The notes beneath the pieces are model-generated. The model was given only the letters and a program-made list of their open reading frames with translations, was not told the DNA's origin and searched no databases. The translations under genes and the position numbers were made by a program. From Ramazzottius varieornatus (lineage: Eukaryota > Animalia > Tardigrada), in the NCBI GenBank assembly GCA_001949185.1, contig BDGG01000019.1, positions 275,231 through 339,230 on the forward strand: DNA of 64,000 nt. Direction: 5' to 3'. This document shows positions 23,177 to 41,666 of this stretch, piece by piece (position 1 is the first letter of the stretch; every line of letters starts with the position of its first letter).

Positions 23177-25109
23177 ATGAAGATGAAAGTTTACGGATCG
23201 CTGGGTCGTACGAGATGCGGCGAGGAAGACGACAAGGATGTGGATAGTGGATGGGCTTGGATTGTCCTCTTTGCTTCCTTCATGGCCAACGGTATCATCC
23301 TGGGATCGAGCTTTGCTTTCAGCGTCTTCTACGCAGAATGGATCGAATGTTTCCACAAAGGACCGACGGCCACATCCTTGTTGATTTCCATAAGCTGCGC
23401 TTTGATCTTAGGAACAAGTAAGAATCTGTTCTTTCTGGCATTTGTCAGTACACCCGAATAGCCCACCACATATCGTTTTCTTGTCTTGATGGAAGGCCAT
23501 GCTGAACAGAGAAAGGGGAAAACTTTCGCGCACCTCGTTATTGTTCTTAGACTTATGTTCCACATTGTCATTTATTTTCCTTCTTATAGGCGCACCTGCG
23601 ACCATCCTGGCCAATCGTTTTGGAGCCCGAAGAATTATCATGCTTGGAGGATTACTCTCTGCAACGGGCTTTGCTGCAAGCGCGGTGGTCCCCAGTTTTG
23701 AGTGGCTGTACGTGACGTACGGCTTGATGGCAGGCAAGTACCGCAAACTGCAAAGCACTTTCGGTCTACATCCAAAGAACAGCTGTACCCTTCCGCACGA
23801 ATATCAAACGTGTTTGCGGAATTGAAATCATGCAAAGCGGTTGGTTTTTAGGGTTGGGGAATGGTCTCGCGTTGATTCCTTCATTCGGTGTGTTGTCGCT
23901 GTAAGAATCCGGCTTTCATACTTCTCTTCTTCCGAAGAACTCATCAAGTATGCACGTCAGTAACTTGGTTCCCTTGTAGGTATTTCCGCGAGCGTCGAAA
24001 CTTTGCAACATGTAGGTGAATTCTTTCTCTTCAAATTGTGGCGTATCCGCAAGGGAGGTCTTCGCTCTGTTATAGCTGTTGTAACTGTTGGTACCGGTGT
24101 CGGTATCATGATCTTCTCCCTCCTATTCGAGTACCTCATCGCCTCTTATACCTGGCGAGGAGCCATGCTGATCACCGCCGGTATTCTCCTCAACGTCATA
24201 CCTTGTGGGGCCGTCATGTCGAAGCGACTTCCCCATTTCCAAAACAGCGGTCTCTCCCAGTACGCCGAGTTCTCCCTCTTCAAAGAACCCTCGTTCTGCG
24301 CCTCAATGATCCATTTCCTTTTGATGGGCTCCCACTTCGTCTTTGTCGTGTTCTGTCTGCAGTACGCCCTAGTTACTTTCCGCATACCCAAGGAACAGGG
24401 TGCGTGGGTCGTTACAGTCATGGGTGCTACGAACATTGGCGGGAGAGTCTTCGTTGCGGTACTGAGTATCAGCCATAAGTTCGCCACGGCTAACAGGCGC
24501 TTCGTCCTCTTACACTTCTCTTCTTTGTGTGTCGCAGTGGCAACCTTTTGCTATTCTTTGTGTGAGACCTTTGTGATGGCTTGTGTGGTGTCTGGACTTC
24601 TTGGTCTTTCTTGGGGAACCAAGTTCGCACTGATGCCGGGTATTCAGATGGACATCTCCACAGCGAAACGATTCAATGCGGCTTGGGGTTACTTGACGTT
24701 GGTTTCCGGCATCTCGTACTTTGCTCTACCTCCACTAGCAGGTTTGTGCATCTTTCACGTGGCTTGGGACCTAGGGAAATAAACTCGACAAGATCGTTCT
24801 TCGAAGTGACGCAGGCTTACAATTGGTAATACTGAACATGTGCGTCTCTTCGGTAAACGATCTGGTATGACATACTGCAGTGTTGTTTGCCGTGCTCCGG
24901 TTCTCCATAATTTCGTACTGTTGGTCACCGGTTTTTTCGTAGGTGAGATCATGAAGATGACAGGAAACTTTGCTTCCGTGTTTTACTTTGCCGGCTTGAT
25001 GTCGCTTGCCGCCTTTTTCGTTTGCCCGATCTTGCATGGCTTGTGGTGGAGCAAGCGTTCAGTGGACACTGGAGAGAAGAAGTCTCTTTTGGACTTGGAA
25101 ATCCGGTAG
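23177..25109 (+). CDS. SLC16/monocarboxylate transporter family, copy A
   Basis: DSGWAWIVLFASF, ANRFGAR, YFRERRNFA, YTWRGAMLI, PPLAG; multiple hydrophobic helices of MFS type. Confidence 0.9.
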
Positions 25110-25439
25110 GGATCGTGGCGTTAAACATCAGAATCCCCAAGATATTTTCGGTGCTTTTGCCAGAAACATAATCATCTTTAGTGACTCTTTTATTCCATGT
25201 TATCTTCCACATGTATTAGAAGCTCGTTTTCAACCACGCCTTTTCCGTTGTTCCTGACTCTGTTCGAACCCTTTCGAGTTGATAGAATAATTTAAAAATA
25301 TACTGTAAATCTCTGGTACCAGGCTGGAATAGACTCACCAGGGCACGCTGTGGCGGACGGACAACAGAGCAACAGGTAACATGTCAGCAGCGGAACCAAA
25401 AAAGCAGCGGGACCAAAGTTCGCGAAAAAGTCAAAAAGC

Positions 25440-25510
25440 TGCGTTGGCCGGGAATCGAACCCGGGTCGCCCGCGTGGCAGGCGAGCATTCTACCACTGAA
25501 CCACCAACGC
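25440..25510 (-). tRNA. tRNA-Gly(GCC)
   Basis: GCGTTGGTGGTTCAGTGGTAGAATGCTCGCCTGCCACGCGGGCGACCCGGGTTCGATTCCCGGCCAACGCA; A and B boxes; TTTTT terminator just downstream. Confidence 0.97.
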
Positions 25511-25854
25511 TCTAATTATATAATTGGGTTCAGACTCAATGCGAAGACCACAACTTGAGTGGTGTCCGCAATTTGACTCCGTACAAGAGTTCTACGTCAT
25601 TTTTCATCCCATACTTTTGATCTCGAGAACTCACACTTGCAAATTCAACATGTCCATCGTTATCTGAGAATTTTTAACGACTTGCTTTACCGAATACTAA
25701 AACGTGGCTGGCACGAAACATGAAGGACGTTGGCTAGACGCATTCATCCTACTTGAATATCAAGACAATAATTTAACCGATAAAAAATCTCGTATCAAAA
25801 GGATGAAAACAACAATGAGGGGAACAGCCCAAGTTTCAAACAGTGCTCCCCAAA

Positions 25855-30234
<4,380 letters not shown>

Positions 30235-31069
30235 GGCTTCCGCCGGACACTCTTTCGCCGTCTCCAACTTTTCTTCTCAGATCCCGAAGTTACGGCTTGA
30301 ACTTTGGCCAAGATCGAGCGACTTCATGCCAATCAATCCGGATAACAATGGATATCCAGCAGGAATTACCCCAATATGCTTCCACGTCAGCTCTGATCCA
30401 CTTTAAGTGGACAATGACGTGGTGAAACTTCTTTCGCTAGGGCTCCCCTCCACAATCGACTCGTCAGCTCAGGCAGTGGTATCCTTCGCTCCTGCAAATT
30501 TACGTTCAAACATCCTCCGCAGAATGGATCGAGAACTAAAGAAAACAACTCGTCTACTTTTCAAAAGTCAAAACTGAAAACCAAATAAAAAAGCTTCCAC
30601 ATGTCATCCAAATCCAATCAACGCGTGTCCAATCAACAATAGCTGTTTACCGTTTGCGAAATTATTTACAGCACACGTGCTTAATATGATTACCGGCCCG
30701 AACAAAATTTCCGACCAGCAGGCCGAAAGCGGCAACACCCCGATTGACTGGTTAGTTTCGTGACGCTTGTTGGCACTCGCCGCTTTCGGCCGGTAATCAA
30801 AAATTTTGTCAAGAGTGGGAATTATGGCAGGCGCGTGTACTGTATTTTGGAATTTGGAAAGTTATCCCCAGAAGAGATCTTCTCCATCGATCTCAAGCAG
30901 AGATCTCACTCCTCCTGCTTCTGACTGAATCTAACCTTTTGGCTCTGGGAAATCTGCAGAACGAGCTGGTTCTCTACGTCGTGACCGAAGGGCTGAAATC
31001 ATCACGGGAGAACAGATTCTGGATGATCTACTGTGACGAGTTACGTACTTAATTCTCTTACGCGTCAAG

Positions 31070-33037
31070 ATGGGAATTCTGGAGAAGATCAGCGACATCG
31101 AGAAAGAGATCGCCAAGACACAGAAGAACAAAGGTATGGGCAAAGTGGTTGTATTTTGGACAGCTGTAACATCCTAAATGTCTTTACAGCGACGGAATAC
31201 CATCTGGGCCTCTTGAAAGCCAAATTAGCCAAGTATCGCCAGCAAATTCTTGAAGGCACCGGTGGAAAGAAAGAAAAGGTGAGGCCTGTTGAGCTGGTTT
31301 CGTTCGTTCCTTGCTGAAGAAAATGTTCTGTCTGATGTAGGGCGAAGGCTTTGATGTTATGAAGAGTGGAGATGCCCGGGTAGCGCTCATCGGATTTCCT
31401 GTAAGTGACGGTAACTTCTTTGAACTCGACTCGTCAAATTCCCGCATGACATTGGGAGAAATTTGCTTTCTGACATTGTTTTTGCTTGTGTCACGCGCGA
31501 GTTTTGAAAACGAGCGACTCAGTCTGAAACTCTGAATATAATGTCTATCAAAATGTTTCTCGTCACCGACTCGTCGTGTTTTCACGATGAATACCGAGCC
31601 AATTTGTCCAAGTTTATTTTCAGTCGGTGGGAAAATCTTCCTTGCTTTCAACTATTACCACAACCGCTTCGGCCTGTGCATCGTACGAATTCACTACCTT
31701 GACATGCATTCCCGGTGTCATCGAGGTGCGTCACCAGATGATGGTCCAGATCTCGCTTGTGTTTCTCTTCCTTTCTGTTCGTAATTCCCTGCTGGTTGTC
31801 AATTTTGTTACATCGTAGTACAAAGGAGCAAACATCCAGCTCCTCGATTTGCCTGGTATCATCGAAGGTGCCGCTCATGGCAAGGGTCGGGGTAGACAGG
31901 TCATCGCAGTGGCTCGAACAGCCGATATGGTTGTCATGATGCTGGACGCTCTCAAAGGCGAAGTCCAGAAGTAAGCTTGTGAGTTTGTACCTGTCCTTAG
32001 AACGGTGAACAACGTTCCGAAGTTGTTAGGACGCTTTTGGAGGCTGAGTTAGAGTCCGTCGGTATTCGGTTGAACAAGCGGAAACCCAAGATCTACTTCC
32101 GCATCCAGAAAAGTGGTGGGATCAAATTCAACGCCACGCTTCCACTGACCAAAATCGACGAGAAGATGGTCATGCTGATTCTACACGAGTACAAAATCTT
32201 CAATGCTGAGGTTGTCTTTCGAGAAGACGCTACGACCGAAGACTTTATCGATGTGATTGACGGCAACCGAAAGTACCTTCCTTGTTTATACGTAAGTCGA
32301 CGGTTTCTTCAGTTTGACGCTTCTTCTGACACATACTGTTTACATATTTTACATATTACATATTTTACTGTTTACATTGTTTACATATTGTAGGTCTACA
32401 ACAAAATTGATCAAATATCCCTGGAAGAAATCACAAGACTAGCCAACACGCCCAATTCATGCGTTATCAGGTAGTGTACTGTAACTTCCGGTTCGACGTT
32501 TTCGTTCACCGTGAAGCTTCCACTTAAGACTCTCTTTTTTGTTCCAGTGTTTCGATGCAGCTGAATCTGGATTACCTCCTGGAAATGATGTGGGAATATC
32601 TGAACCTTTTACGGATCTACACGAAGAAACCAGCCAGTAAGTGAAACGTGCCTTCACGAGAGAATCGCGACCGGAAGTTGACGAGCCTTTCCTTTCAGAG
32701 CATCCCGATTTCTCTGACGCTATCATCTTAAGACGAGGGGCTACCGTGGAGCATGTGGTATGTTGAGCTGGTCAGGCTATGGCATGTTTAGGAATTCACA
32801 AGGTGATGGTTTACTTTGGCAGTGTCATTCTGTTCATCGGACGTTGGCCGCACAGGTGAAATACGCTCTCGTATGGGTAAGTGTGGAAACTTCCGTTATG
32901 ATTATATTGGTTCCGGGTACGATGGTCTATTGTGTCTGTATTTTCGTCAGGGTACGAGTACCAAATACTCTCCGCAACGAGTCGGCTTACAGCATCCGAT
33001 GGATGACGAGGATGTGATCCAAATTATCAAGAAGTGA
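31070..33037 (+). CDS. DRG2: Developmentally regulated GTP-binding protein 2
   Basis: [21 protein letters not shown]|[20 protein letters not shown]|[24 protein letters not shown]-domain end [21 protein letters not shown]. Confidence 0.96.
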
Positions 33038-33757
33038 TGCAATATGATTGTATGTTCTTCGTAATTACCCTTGATGTTTTGTAGACAAACAATAGTTCAA
33101 AGTGGGAGCCTTTCTGTACTGTCTGTTTATCTTGGTCATTAACCCGGGACAAAAGAGCCAAGGATTTTAACGAGAGCTCTCTTGACTTTTATCGAAGCCC
33201 TCCGCATATCGCGTCCCCGATGTCGGTACTCGTACTGATAGTTCTGGAAGCCATGTAAGGTTAGTAAATCAGTATCGGTAATGTTTCTTACGTTGAGCAC
33301 TCGTCCGGAAACACGAGAAAAACTGCAGTACGTGACAGAGTGAGGTAACTTAATAGGAGGAACAAGAATAGAAGAATAGAATAGAATAGAACGATAAACA
33401 AGAAATAATTTAGAGGGAAGTGAGAAAAGAAATGGCCTTCTGCATACTGGGTTTTTTTGTCTCTATCACTCATCACCAGGGCCCCTGCTGTCGAGCCTTC
33501 TGGCCGGTAGTGACAAGCTGTATAAGACGAGGGCCTAGAAAGGTTTGCTGTGAGCACGCTAAACCATTCGACAAAAGATGCAAATTCTCGGTCCTACGAT
33601 CTGAAAACGTGACCTGGTTGGCAAGCCGTGTGGTGCACGTGTTGGCCATTGGCCAGAAACCAAAACAACCAGTTCAAATTCTTCGTCGTTTCGGAGCTTG
33701 AAAGCCTTCCGTTTTCTCCCAGGCGTTTGGATCTATGAATCTTTTCGGCTCGACACC

Positions 33758-35822
33758 ATGAAGATCAAAGTGTACGGATCACTGGGTCGTACGAGAAGTG
33801 AGGAAGAAGACGAGGATGTAGACGTTGGATGGGCATGGATCGTCCTCTTTGCTTCCTTCATGACCAACGTCATCATCCTGGGAGCAAACTTCGCATTCAG
33901 TGTCTTCTACGCAGAATGGACCGAGTACTTCGACAAAGGGCCAACGGCCACTTCCTTGTTGATCTCCATGAGCTGTGCACTCGTCCTGGCAGCAGGTAAG
34001 CTCGATGCTATATTTCCTTTAGATTGTGCATGACGTTATCCGTCCACGTATTGCTAGTATAAATGTGCGGTAAAAATCAGGTATCTACCATGACGTCGTG
34101 TATCAGTATGCAAGTTGTTGCCACTCCTTCCTTGTCGGGTATTTAATCAAGGCCACACAGTATCAGCTAAGTTAATCAACTCGATGTAACGAAGGTCTTT
34201 GAGCTGTTTTTGAGGTGTCTGTGCACTGTCTACCATTCCTCTCGGGCTCAAAAATTTTCGTTCCAGGTGCTCCAGCGAGTATCTTAGCCAACCGTTTTGG
34301 AGCTCGCACCGTAATCATGGTTGGTGGAGTGATCTCGGCAGCGGGTTTCGCAGCGAGCGCGTTCGTCACCAGCTTCGAACTTCTGTTCGTCTCTTACGGA
34401 CTGCTGACAGGTACGTATCATCCTTCCAACAGCAAGAGTTGAAATAAATTTCTGCTTTGACCTGGCCTTTGGTAATAATTATTCTGATTCAGGGTTGGGA
34501 AATGGATTGGCGTTTGTTCCATCTTTTGGCGTTCTACCCCTGTAAGAAAGTCTGCCCATGTTCGACGAACCACCTTTAATAACTGCTATTCTTTTTCAGA
34601 TATTTTCGCAAGCGTCGAAACTTCGCAACTGGTACTCTTTCCGTTCACTTTTCCATCGACAAAATGCTTCATATGTAACACGTGATTGAAAGGATTTTGC
34701 TTTTCAGCGATAGTCACTGCCGGAAGTGGACTGGGTATGATCCTGTACTCCATGCTGTTCGAGTACCTCATCTCCACCTACTCATGGCGTGGAGCCATGC
34801 TCATCACTTCCGGCATCGTCCTCAACGTGGTCCCCTGCGGAGCAGTCATCTTCAAGCGCGAATGTCGCTCCGGGACCGCGGGTTTCTCGCAGTACGCCGA
34901 ATTCTCCCTCTTCAAAGAGTTCTCTTTCTATGTGTCCATGGCCCACTTCTTCTTCCTCGGTTCTCAGTTCATCTACGTAGTCTTCTGCCTTCGCTACGCT
35001 GTAGACACCTTACACATTTCTCGAGCTAGTGGGGCATTCGTAGTCAGTTCGATGGGTGCCACGAATGTGATCGGGAGAATACTGGTGGCGCTCTTGAGTA
35101 TTAATCCCAAGTTCGCTACAGCGAATGTCCGGTTCTTCTTGCTGCATTTCTCTTCGCTTTGTGTGGCTGTGACTCTGTCCTGCTATCCTCTGTGCCAGAC
35201 TTTCACGATGGCTTGTCTGGTTTCCGCGCTCATTGGGCTTTCGTGGGGTGTCAGGTTCTCGTTGACTCCGGGTCTTCAAATGGACATTTCCGACCCGAAA
35301 CGATTCAACGCGGCTTGGGGATATCTGACGTTGGTTACCGGCATCTCGTTCTTTATATTCCCACCTTTGGCAGGTATCGATTTGTACAAGTATCGAAACA
35401 TCTGCAAACGATTGTGCTCCGATTTTTTTTGAAGTGGCGCACAGTTCGATGGTTATTAGGTGAGAGCGGGCGCCACTCCAGAACACTCGGAAACAGAACG
35501 AGTGGCGCACGTTTTCATTATGATTGACTGAAAGCGTGCGCCACTTGCGATATCGGTCTGAAGGACTAATTCATTTGATTTAATGGTTTCTTTTCCAGGG
35601 AAGATTTCCAAGTCAACAGGTGACTCCGCTAGTGCCTTCTACTTCGCCGGTGTTATGTCGTTCATGGCGTTTTTGCTCTGTCCGCTTTTGCATTTCTTGT
35701 GGTGGAGTAAACAGAGCGAACCGCTGGACCTGGAAGAATCGAAGTTTCTCTTGGAGCCGAGCAGTCGCAACAGCTACAACCACACTGGAAACCATGGAAA
35801 GACTGCTCTGTACAGTCCATAG
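33758..35822 (+). CDS. SLC16/monocarboxylate transporter family, copy B (paralog of copy A)
   Basis: Same exon structure and high similarity to 23177-25109 (MKIKVYGSLGRTR, SQYAEFSLFKE, MDISDPKRFNAAWGYL). Confidence 0.9.
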
Positions 35823-36586
35823 GTTCTTACACCAAAGAGTCCCAGTCCTTTTTTCCGGTGACATTTTCTAGCTCGGTTCTCTGTGTGAGACATTATTTCA
35901 TTTTGAACCTCTAACGAACTAAACAAAGCAACACGCTAAAATATTCTCACGCCGGGTTCCCGTTCCTTTTTTCTTTCGATCGATGCACTGTACAGAGAGA
36001 AAATGATTATGTGGGCTAATTTTTGATGACAGCGTGTGCACTCCACTTCAGGTGGTAGGGAAAGCTCAGTTCTCAATTGTGTCAGATGTTTCCAGATGGT
36101 TCTTGACGCAAGTTCGTACTTTCGGTGCGCAACAACAGAAAAGGCGGCGCGAGTCGCTGCGCCACTTGCATCAGCCAATAAAGTTTCGAGAAGTCGCCGT
36201 ACTACATCACGATACGTGACGTCCTTTGTTCTTTTCTTAACTAGTCAGGCATTCGTTCTCGGAATCTCGATGGCTCTTCCAGAAAGCTTCTGCGAAACTG
36301 AGTAAATCTTTGTGGTCAAGCTTGCTGGGTGCAGCGGACAGTGGGATCCACCGAGTATCCAGCCGGAGAAACGTAGGTGAGGGGATCTGTCGAACCGTAG
36401 CCAGCACTGGTGCAACAGGTGGTCGGAAGTTCGGAGATTGGCTTGTCGATTGATTGCATTGCACATTCTTAGTTCGTTTATATCTGGCGCTTACATTGAA
36501 TTACTGCTGGTTTTGCAGCGACACCTCGTCTCTTGTCTTGTGACGCCTGAAGTCTGCACTCTTCACTCATCCGTCTGTGCGGTAGA

Positions 36587-38370
36587 ATGATGCTGTCCTG
36601 TTATCCGCCAGGAAAGAAGAAGAAAGATGCACCGACGCCTGACGACATAGGTGCAGAACTCGAGGTATCGCCAATCATTTCCAAACTGCAGGTGCCCTGT
36701 CGGGATGACCTTTCTTTTCCCCAGCTTTTCTGCATTATATATTTGTAGGAATTGAAGCGACTTGTGTGGGGTGTAGTGAAGATTTCTCGATACACGGACT
36801 ACGCACTCTTCACTGAGAAGCTCGTGAAACTACCTATCGCGAAGTCGTCAGCTCACGCGGTAGCAGCGATCAACGTGATCATGGAAGGGGTTTTCCGAAG
36901 CATGAAAGGGGGCACCAATGTAATTTACGGGACCACGTTGAAGAAGCTGGACAACGCTCTGGGTGGCGGTCCGATGGTGATGGATAAGCCGCACGGGGTT
37001 TCCAAGGATCCTTTCGACTTTCATACTCTGGTGGTGCAGCGGATCCAGTACTACTTTGACAGCACGAAATCTGCATGGTGTGAGGCGTATGGGCAACATG
37101 GGGGTGATATGGCGGTCGCGAAAGGAATAATACGTTTGACCGGAATTACTCGGTAAGCCTAAGATCAATGACAGAGCAACTCGGCAAACGCTCCAGTGAT
37201 GATCGTTGTCTCAAGTGGCGCTCGCTTGCAGCCAATAAGAAAGCAAACTGCGCCACTTGAGATAACAGTCATCCCGAGATTGGTTGTCGACCTCCCAGAT
37301 AGTATGGATCTCATGATTGTAAGAATCATGCTTAACTATTCAACAGATTGCTGGTCGGTGTAATTAAGCCGGATGAGACGCGGTCTAGAAAGTTCCTGTC
37401 AGATGAAGCCATTTTGAAGTACTGTCAAGAACTCATTCCGGATTGGAGTCTCAGTGGGTCTCTGTCGGTCTTGGAATTGTACAAAGCAGAATGCCTCTTT
37501 GACCTGTTGAGGACATACTGCGATGCCAACAGACATGCTCCAGCACAACTAGAGGTGAGAACACGAATGGGAGCATGGCAAACAAACTCGACAAGATTGT
37601 CACTTCAGTGGCGCACACTTTCAGTGTTATTGGTGGTGGAGTGCGCCACTTCGATCATAGTCTTGTGGAGGTTGTCTTCTCGAGCTTCCAAATGCCATCG
37701 CTAATGCTGTCTCATCTCAAAATTTGCTTCTGTGTAGTTGACCAAAGGTCTTCTGGGGCATCTGCAAAATTTCTTCGGAGTCAAAACAAAGCCGGCTGCT
37801 GAAGTAGCTGAAGATGTATGGAACAAGCTGAAGGTCTTCGAAGAGCTGATCGCTGAACGTAAGGAGAAAATTCCGCGGCGTTTCTTCAGCATGAGGCTCC
37901 CTGAACCATTTCCCGCACCGGTCGCGAAAGTCTATACAGTTACTGTCTTGAAGAGCAGCCAAAACAGCCCGAAGGAAATACCTCCTAAGTTAGCTCCTAA
38001 ATATGCTGCGGTCTTCGACGAAGTACGCAAGCTTTACCGTATGCGTCGGTTGAACGGTTATTACCAAACAGCTTTGGCCAAAAAGCCTTTCGCTCCTTAT
38101 ACCAGTAAGTATCCGCCACCGTTCCATTACAACAAGTGGCTGACTAAAACCGGCACACCGGAGCAAGTTACTCGTGCTAAGCTTCTTCAGCGTACTGTTG
38201 CCGACGTGCTGGACAAGCCGAAGAACTCCAAAGTCATTCGCGAGAGCTTCGACGAGTACTACAGCATCATCAGAGACACGATCGAACTGAAGATGCACGA
38301 CCTGGTGGCCGAGTTCCCCAAGAATGTCCGCGATGAAATTCTGTTGAAGCCGTTCCTTGCTTCGGTGTAG
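36587..38370 (+). CDS. Uncharacterised spliced protein (~430 aa, four coding exons)
   Basis: Exons ~36587-36664, 36749-37152, ~37347-37554 and 37738-38370 join in frame across GT-AG introns; no family recognised. Confidence 0.7.
37175..37690. repeat. Two palindromic elements in orphan gene introns (~37175-37295, 37569-37690)
   Basis: CTCGGCAAAC / GGCAAACAAACTCGACAAGA arms and GTGGCGC-N24-GCGCCACTT cores. Confidence 0.85.
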
Positions 38371-38704
38371 AACGAGGTTCAGTTTGCTGTTGACATTCTC
38401 TAGTTCGGTAATAATCATAAGCATCCTTTCGAACAAATAAGTTTCAAGTTCCTAACAATTACCTCTTATTTCCTTTCACACCGTAACTTTGAACTTCAGA
38501 AATCGTGATCGGCGAACCCGATGATATGCTCCTTTGCGGAATGTTTCTTCTGGGCTGTGTCTGGTTTTCGTTTCATTGGTTTTAATTTACATGCTTAGCT
38601 CCTGAACTAGGATCAGTTTCTTCCAGGAATGTTCCCAAATGTTTTGTAGCGGTAGGAATGACGAGAGAATGTTGTTACTGTGCATCGTACAGAAGCGTAT
38701 ACTA

Positions 38705-41666
38705 TCACAAATGAATAGCTTTCAAAGTCCTATGGAACACCACGTTGACCATAAACAACGACCAAATGAAAACAGGAGCCGAGACACTGTCGGCAGACTC
38801 GCGAGCTTTCTTCAGGATGTTCCGAAGGACCACAAAGTTTGTCTTCTTTTTCTTCTGCAAGAACCAGCGTCGCGTTATGCCAAGTCGGAATCCAGTTTCA
38901 CTGGTCGGAAGTTAGTGGAACTTACCGTTGATTCGCGAGTAAGTCCTTGCTGTGTAACAACAGAGAGAAGATTCTCGTCCGTCAGCGACACCGGTGCCAT
39001 CCATTCACTATCGAACCTCCTTTTCCACCAGTTTTTACTCGCAACACTACGCCAAAAACAGTGATAAGTTATCATTGTCCGAAAATCACAGCTGAGTACA
39101 AGCCGTACCTGGTCTTGTTCGACGACTTCAATGTAAACCAATACTTGTAAAGTCGGCCCCGAATGAATTTCGGTGGCTTTGCCCGGAATGGACTAGCCGG
39201 ATCAATGGCCAACCGAATCACTGGAAAGAAGAAACAGGCTGTGCATATTAGCTCGAACACGACCAAGTTCGGTGGAAACACTTCCTCTTACCTTCTGGTT
39301 TGCCTTGGAGCAACCGATAGACAACACTGTAGACCCAAGGATTTCGCTGTTGATCGCTTAACGCAGCGAACCACCTGTGGAATTTTTATCCCGCAATGCT
39401 AAAAGATAGTACTGAAGGACGAGAAGTGAGGAGCGGAAGCAGCCTTACATCTGCCAGTCAAGCCTCGGTTGATGAGGTACGATGAACGGCGGCGCTCGAT
39501 CAACGGAGCCTGGCTTGTACAAGAATTCGTACTCTTTCCAAGGTCCCAACGCCGAGTCGCTTCCCTCGAATATTATTTCCGGCCTTCCTTCGACCCCTGT
39601 CATTCTATAATGAAACAGTTAATAAAATCACTAACCAGCTTGCGGATACCCGCTGAGACAGAGAAAGTAAGCCTTGTACCTGCGGAAGAGGCCGTAGCCG
39701 TTAACGATGTTGAACTTTTCCACTTGGGCATGATACTGCCGAATGGTTTTGCCGATGTTTCCTAGTCGCGAAGACTGGGTCAAACTACTGAATGGGCTCT
39801 ACAAAAGGAAGAAAGGTATCTTCAAAAACTTTAGAAAGAAAGTCTATAAAATTCCAACTGTACCAAGCTCAACGAGAAGAGAGACAGAGCCATTAAGCCG
39901 TAGAATCCGGCGAAAGGCGTTCGATACAGTTTGCTGAAAGCTGACTCGGTCCTGCAAAATAGAGCGTTGCGCAAAGTCCCCACAGATCTTTCAAAAACGA
40001 ATGAAAAGCAAGTCTCACGAGTCGCTGTGAGTGAATGTTGACAGAAGGACGGAGACCAGCGAAAGGAAGCCAAGGCCAACCGATATCGGCCATGCGATAT
40101 CCATCATACGGTTCACATCGGTCTCGGTGAAACCTGTCGGACGAAATATTCCATAGGGGATTCGCGGAACCAAGAAAAAGCTAGCACTTATCGTACAAAC
40201 TTTTCTTACGGGCTTTGAACTTGATGACTTTCTTTTCGTCGTACTGGATGTTGTAAAAATAGCCAGTGGCTACGAGCAGCACAGCAACTACAGCCCAGTT
40301 GAACACGCTGGTCAAGAAGGACTGGAAACGTGAGTAAGTTCTGTAATCTGAAAATAAATTTAGCGTTAATTTTACAGCGTTAGTTTCAAAGAGGAATATC
40401 GACAAATCTACGCTGGAGTTACTTACGAGAAATATGGCCCAAGTCGCGGTCTTCCAACAGCGACAAGCTCAAGACGATGGTGAGCAAGTTAAAGAAGTTG
40501 TAGTTTCCGGTGATAATGATCCCCACTTGCAAAATAACCTAAAGAAGAAAATTAGTTTTCCAAACAGCCTAGCAAGAAAGATTCTTTTACCCACCTGATT
40601 GTACCAAGCAAACTTTCTTAGCCCCTTAGAAGGCGCGAAGAAGAAGAACGGAAGGACGACTTCGGTCAGCAAAGCATGCAAGAGGGTTAACGCGTCGAAC
40701 CACGGCGGAAGTTGATGGATATACCAAGCGAGAAAGGTTGGAATGCACTGTGATTCGTAATGATGATGCAGGGCTACGATTAGAGCAAAGCGAATAACAG
40801 TACAGTGAACGAGAAAAGGAAAGACCAGCAAGCAAGTGTACCGGTCAGTTTCCACCAGGTTTGACATCCACTCTGAAGCTTCAGAATCCCAGACATCAGC
40901 ATCAAGCGGAAGAAGAGCCACTTGACTGGCCACATGCTGAGACGGGACAGTTTGGCCTGCATTCGCGAAGGCATGAGAAGCGGAATGGGCGCGAAGATGA
41001 AAGCGACGAAGCCAGCTTCCATCAGCAGTGCGTCCCTGTAGGAGAACAAAACTGAACACACTACACTCGCGCATGACGTAACAAAGCTCTCCGAGAAGTT
41101 CATCGTATTTCACACAATAACACGAGTTTTTGCATGAGGTCACGCTGCTCGGCACAGACGAACGAAACCTTTCGGGTTATATTTCGCTTCTTACCACTGA
41201 AACCACAGAAAGACGTTCCCCACGGTGTACAGCGACAAATACAGGACCCATAACGCCCCGAAGACCAGCATGTTTCTCGCTAGACGAGTGATAATGGCCG
41301 ATGAAGCCAGGAGGATGCCCAACATGGCCAGGACGTCCATGCCCATTCCAGTGTCCATCTTCAACGCTTGTGTCAGCCATAGCAGGGTCGGCTTGACGTC
41401 CATAAACTGGTACCTGAACCTGCTGAAATCTGAGAGGGGCAACCCTCTTTAGTCATCAGGGAAAAATGGACAGGAAGGGAAGGTTTCGTACCAAAAGGAG
41501 CCTCTGAAGGATTGATTTCCTTCGAAGCCGGGAGGACGCCATTCTCCCCGTATAATCCGGGCAGCTGGTGGTAAAGCGAAGCGAACGCGAAGAGGTAAAT
41601 GACGGCTATGCCCCACAGGAAGAGATTGTGGACATGAACCTGTCCACTTCCGATGTCGTACGCCAT
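38705..41666 (-). CDS. LMF2: Lipase maturation factor 2
   Basis: [26 protein letters not shown]|[46 protein letters not shown]|[25 protein letters not shown]. Confidence 0.93.

Noticed and set aside
32330-32392. TTTACAT short repeats in a DRG2 intron
   Set aside because: Ordinary low-complexity slippage.
40181-40405. LMF2 apparently truncated at ...LYDKC*
   Set aside because: A GTAAG donor precedes the stop and downstream exons complete the protein to 38705.
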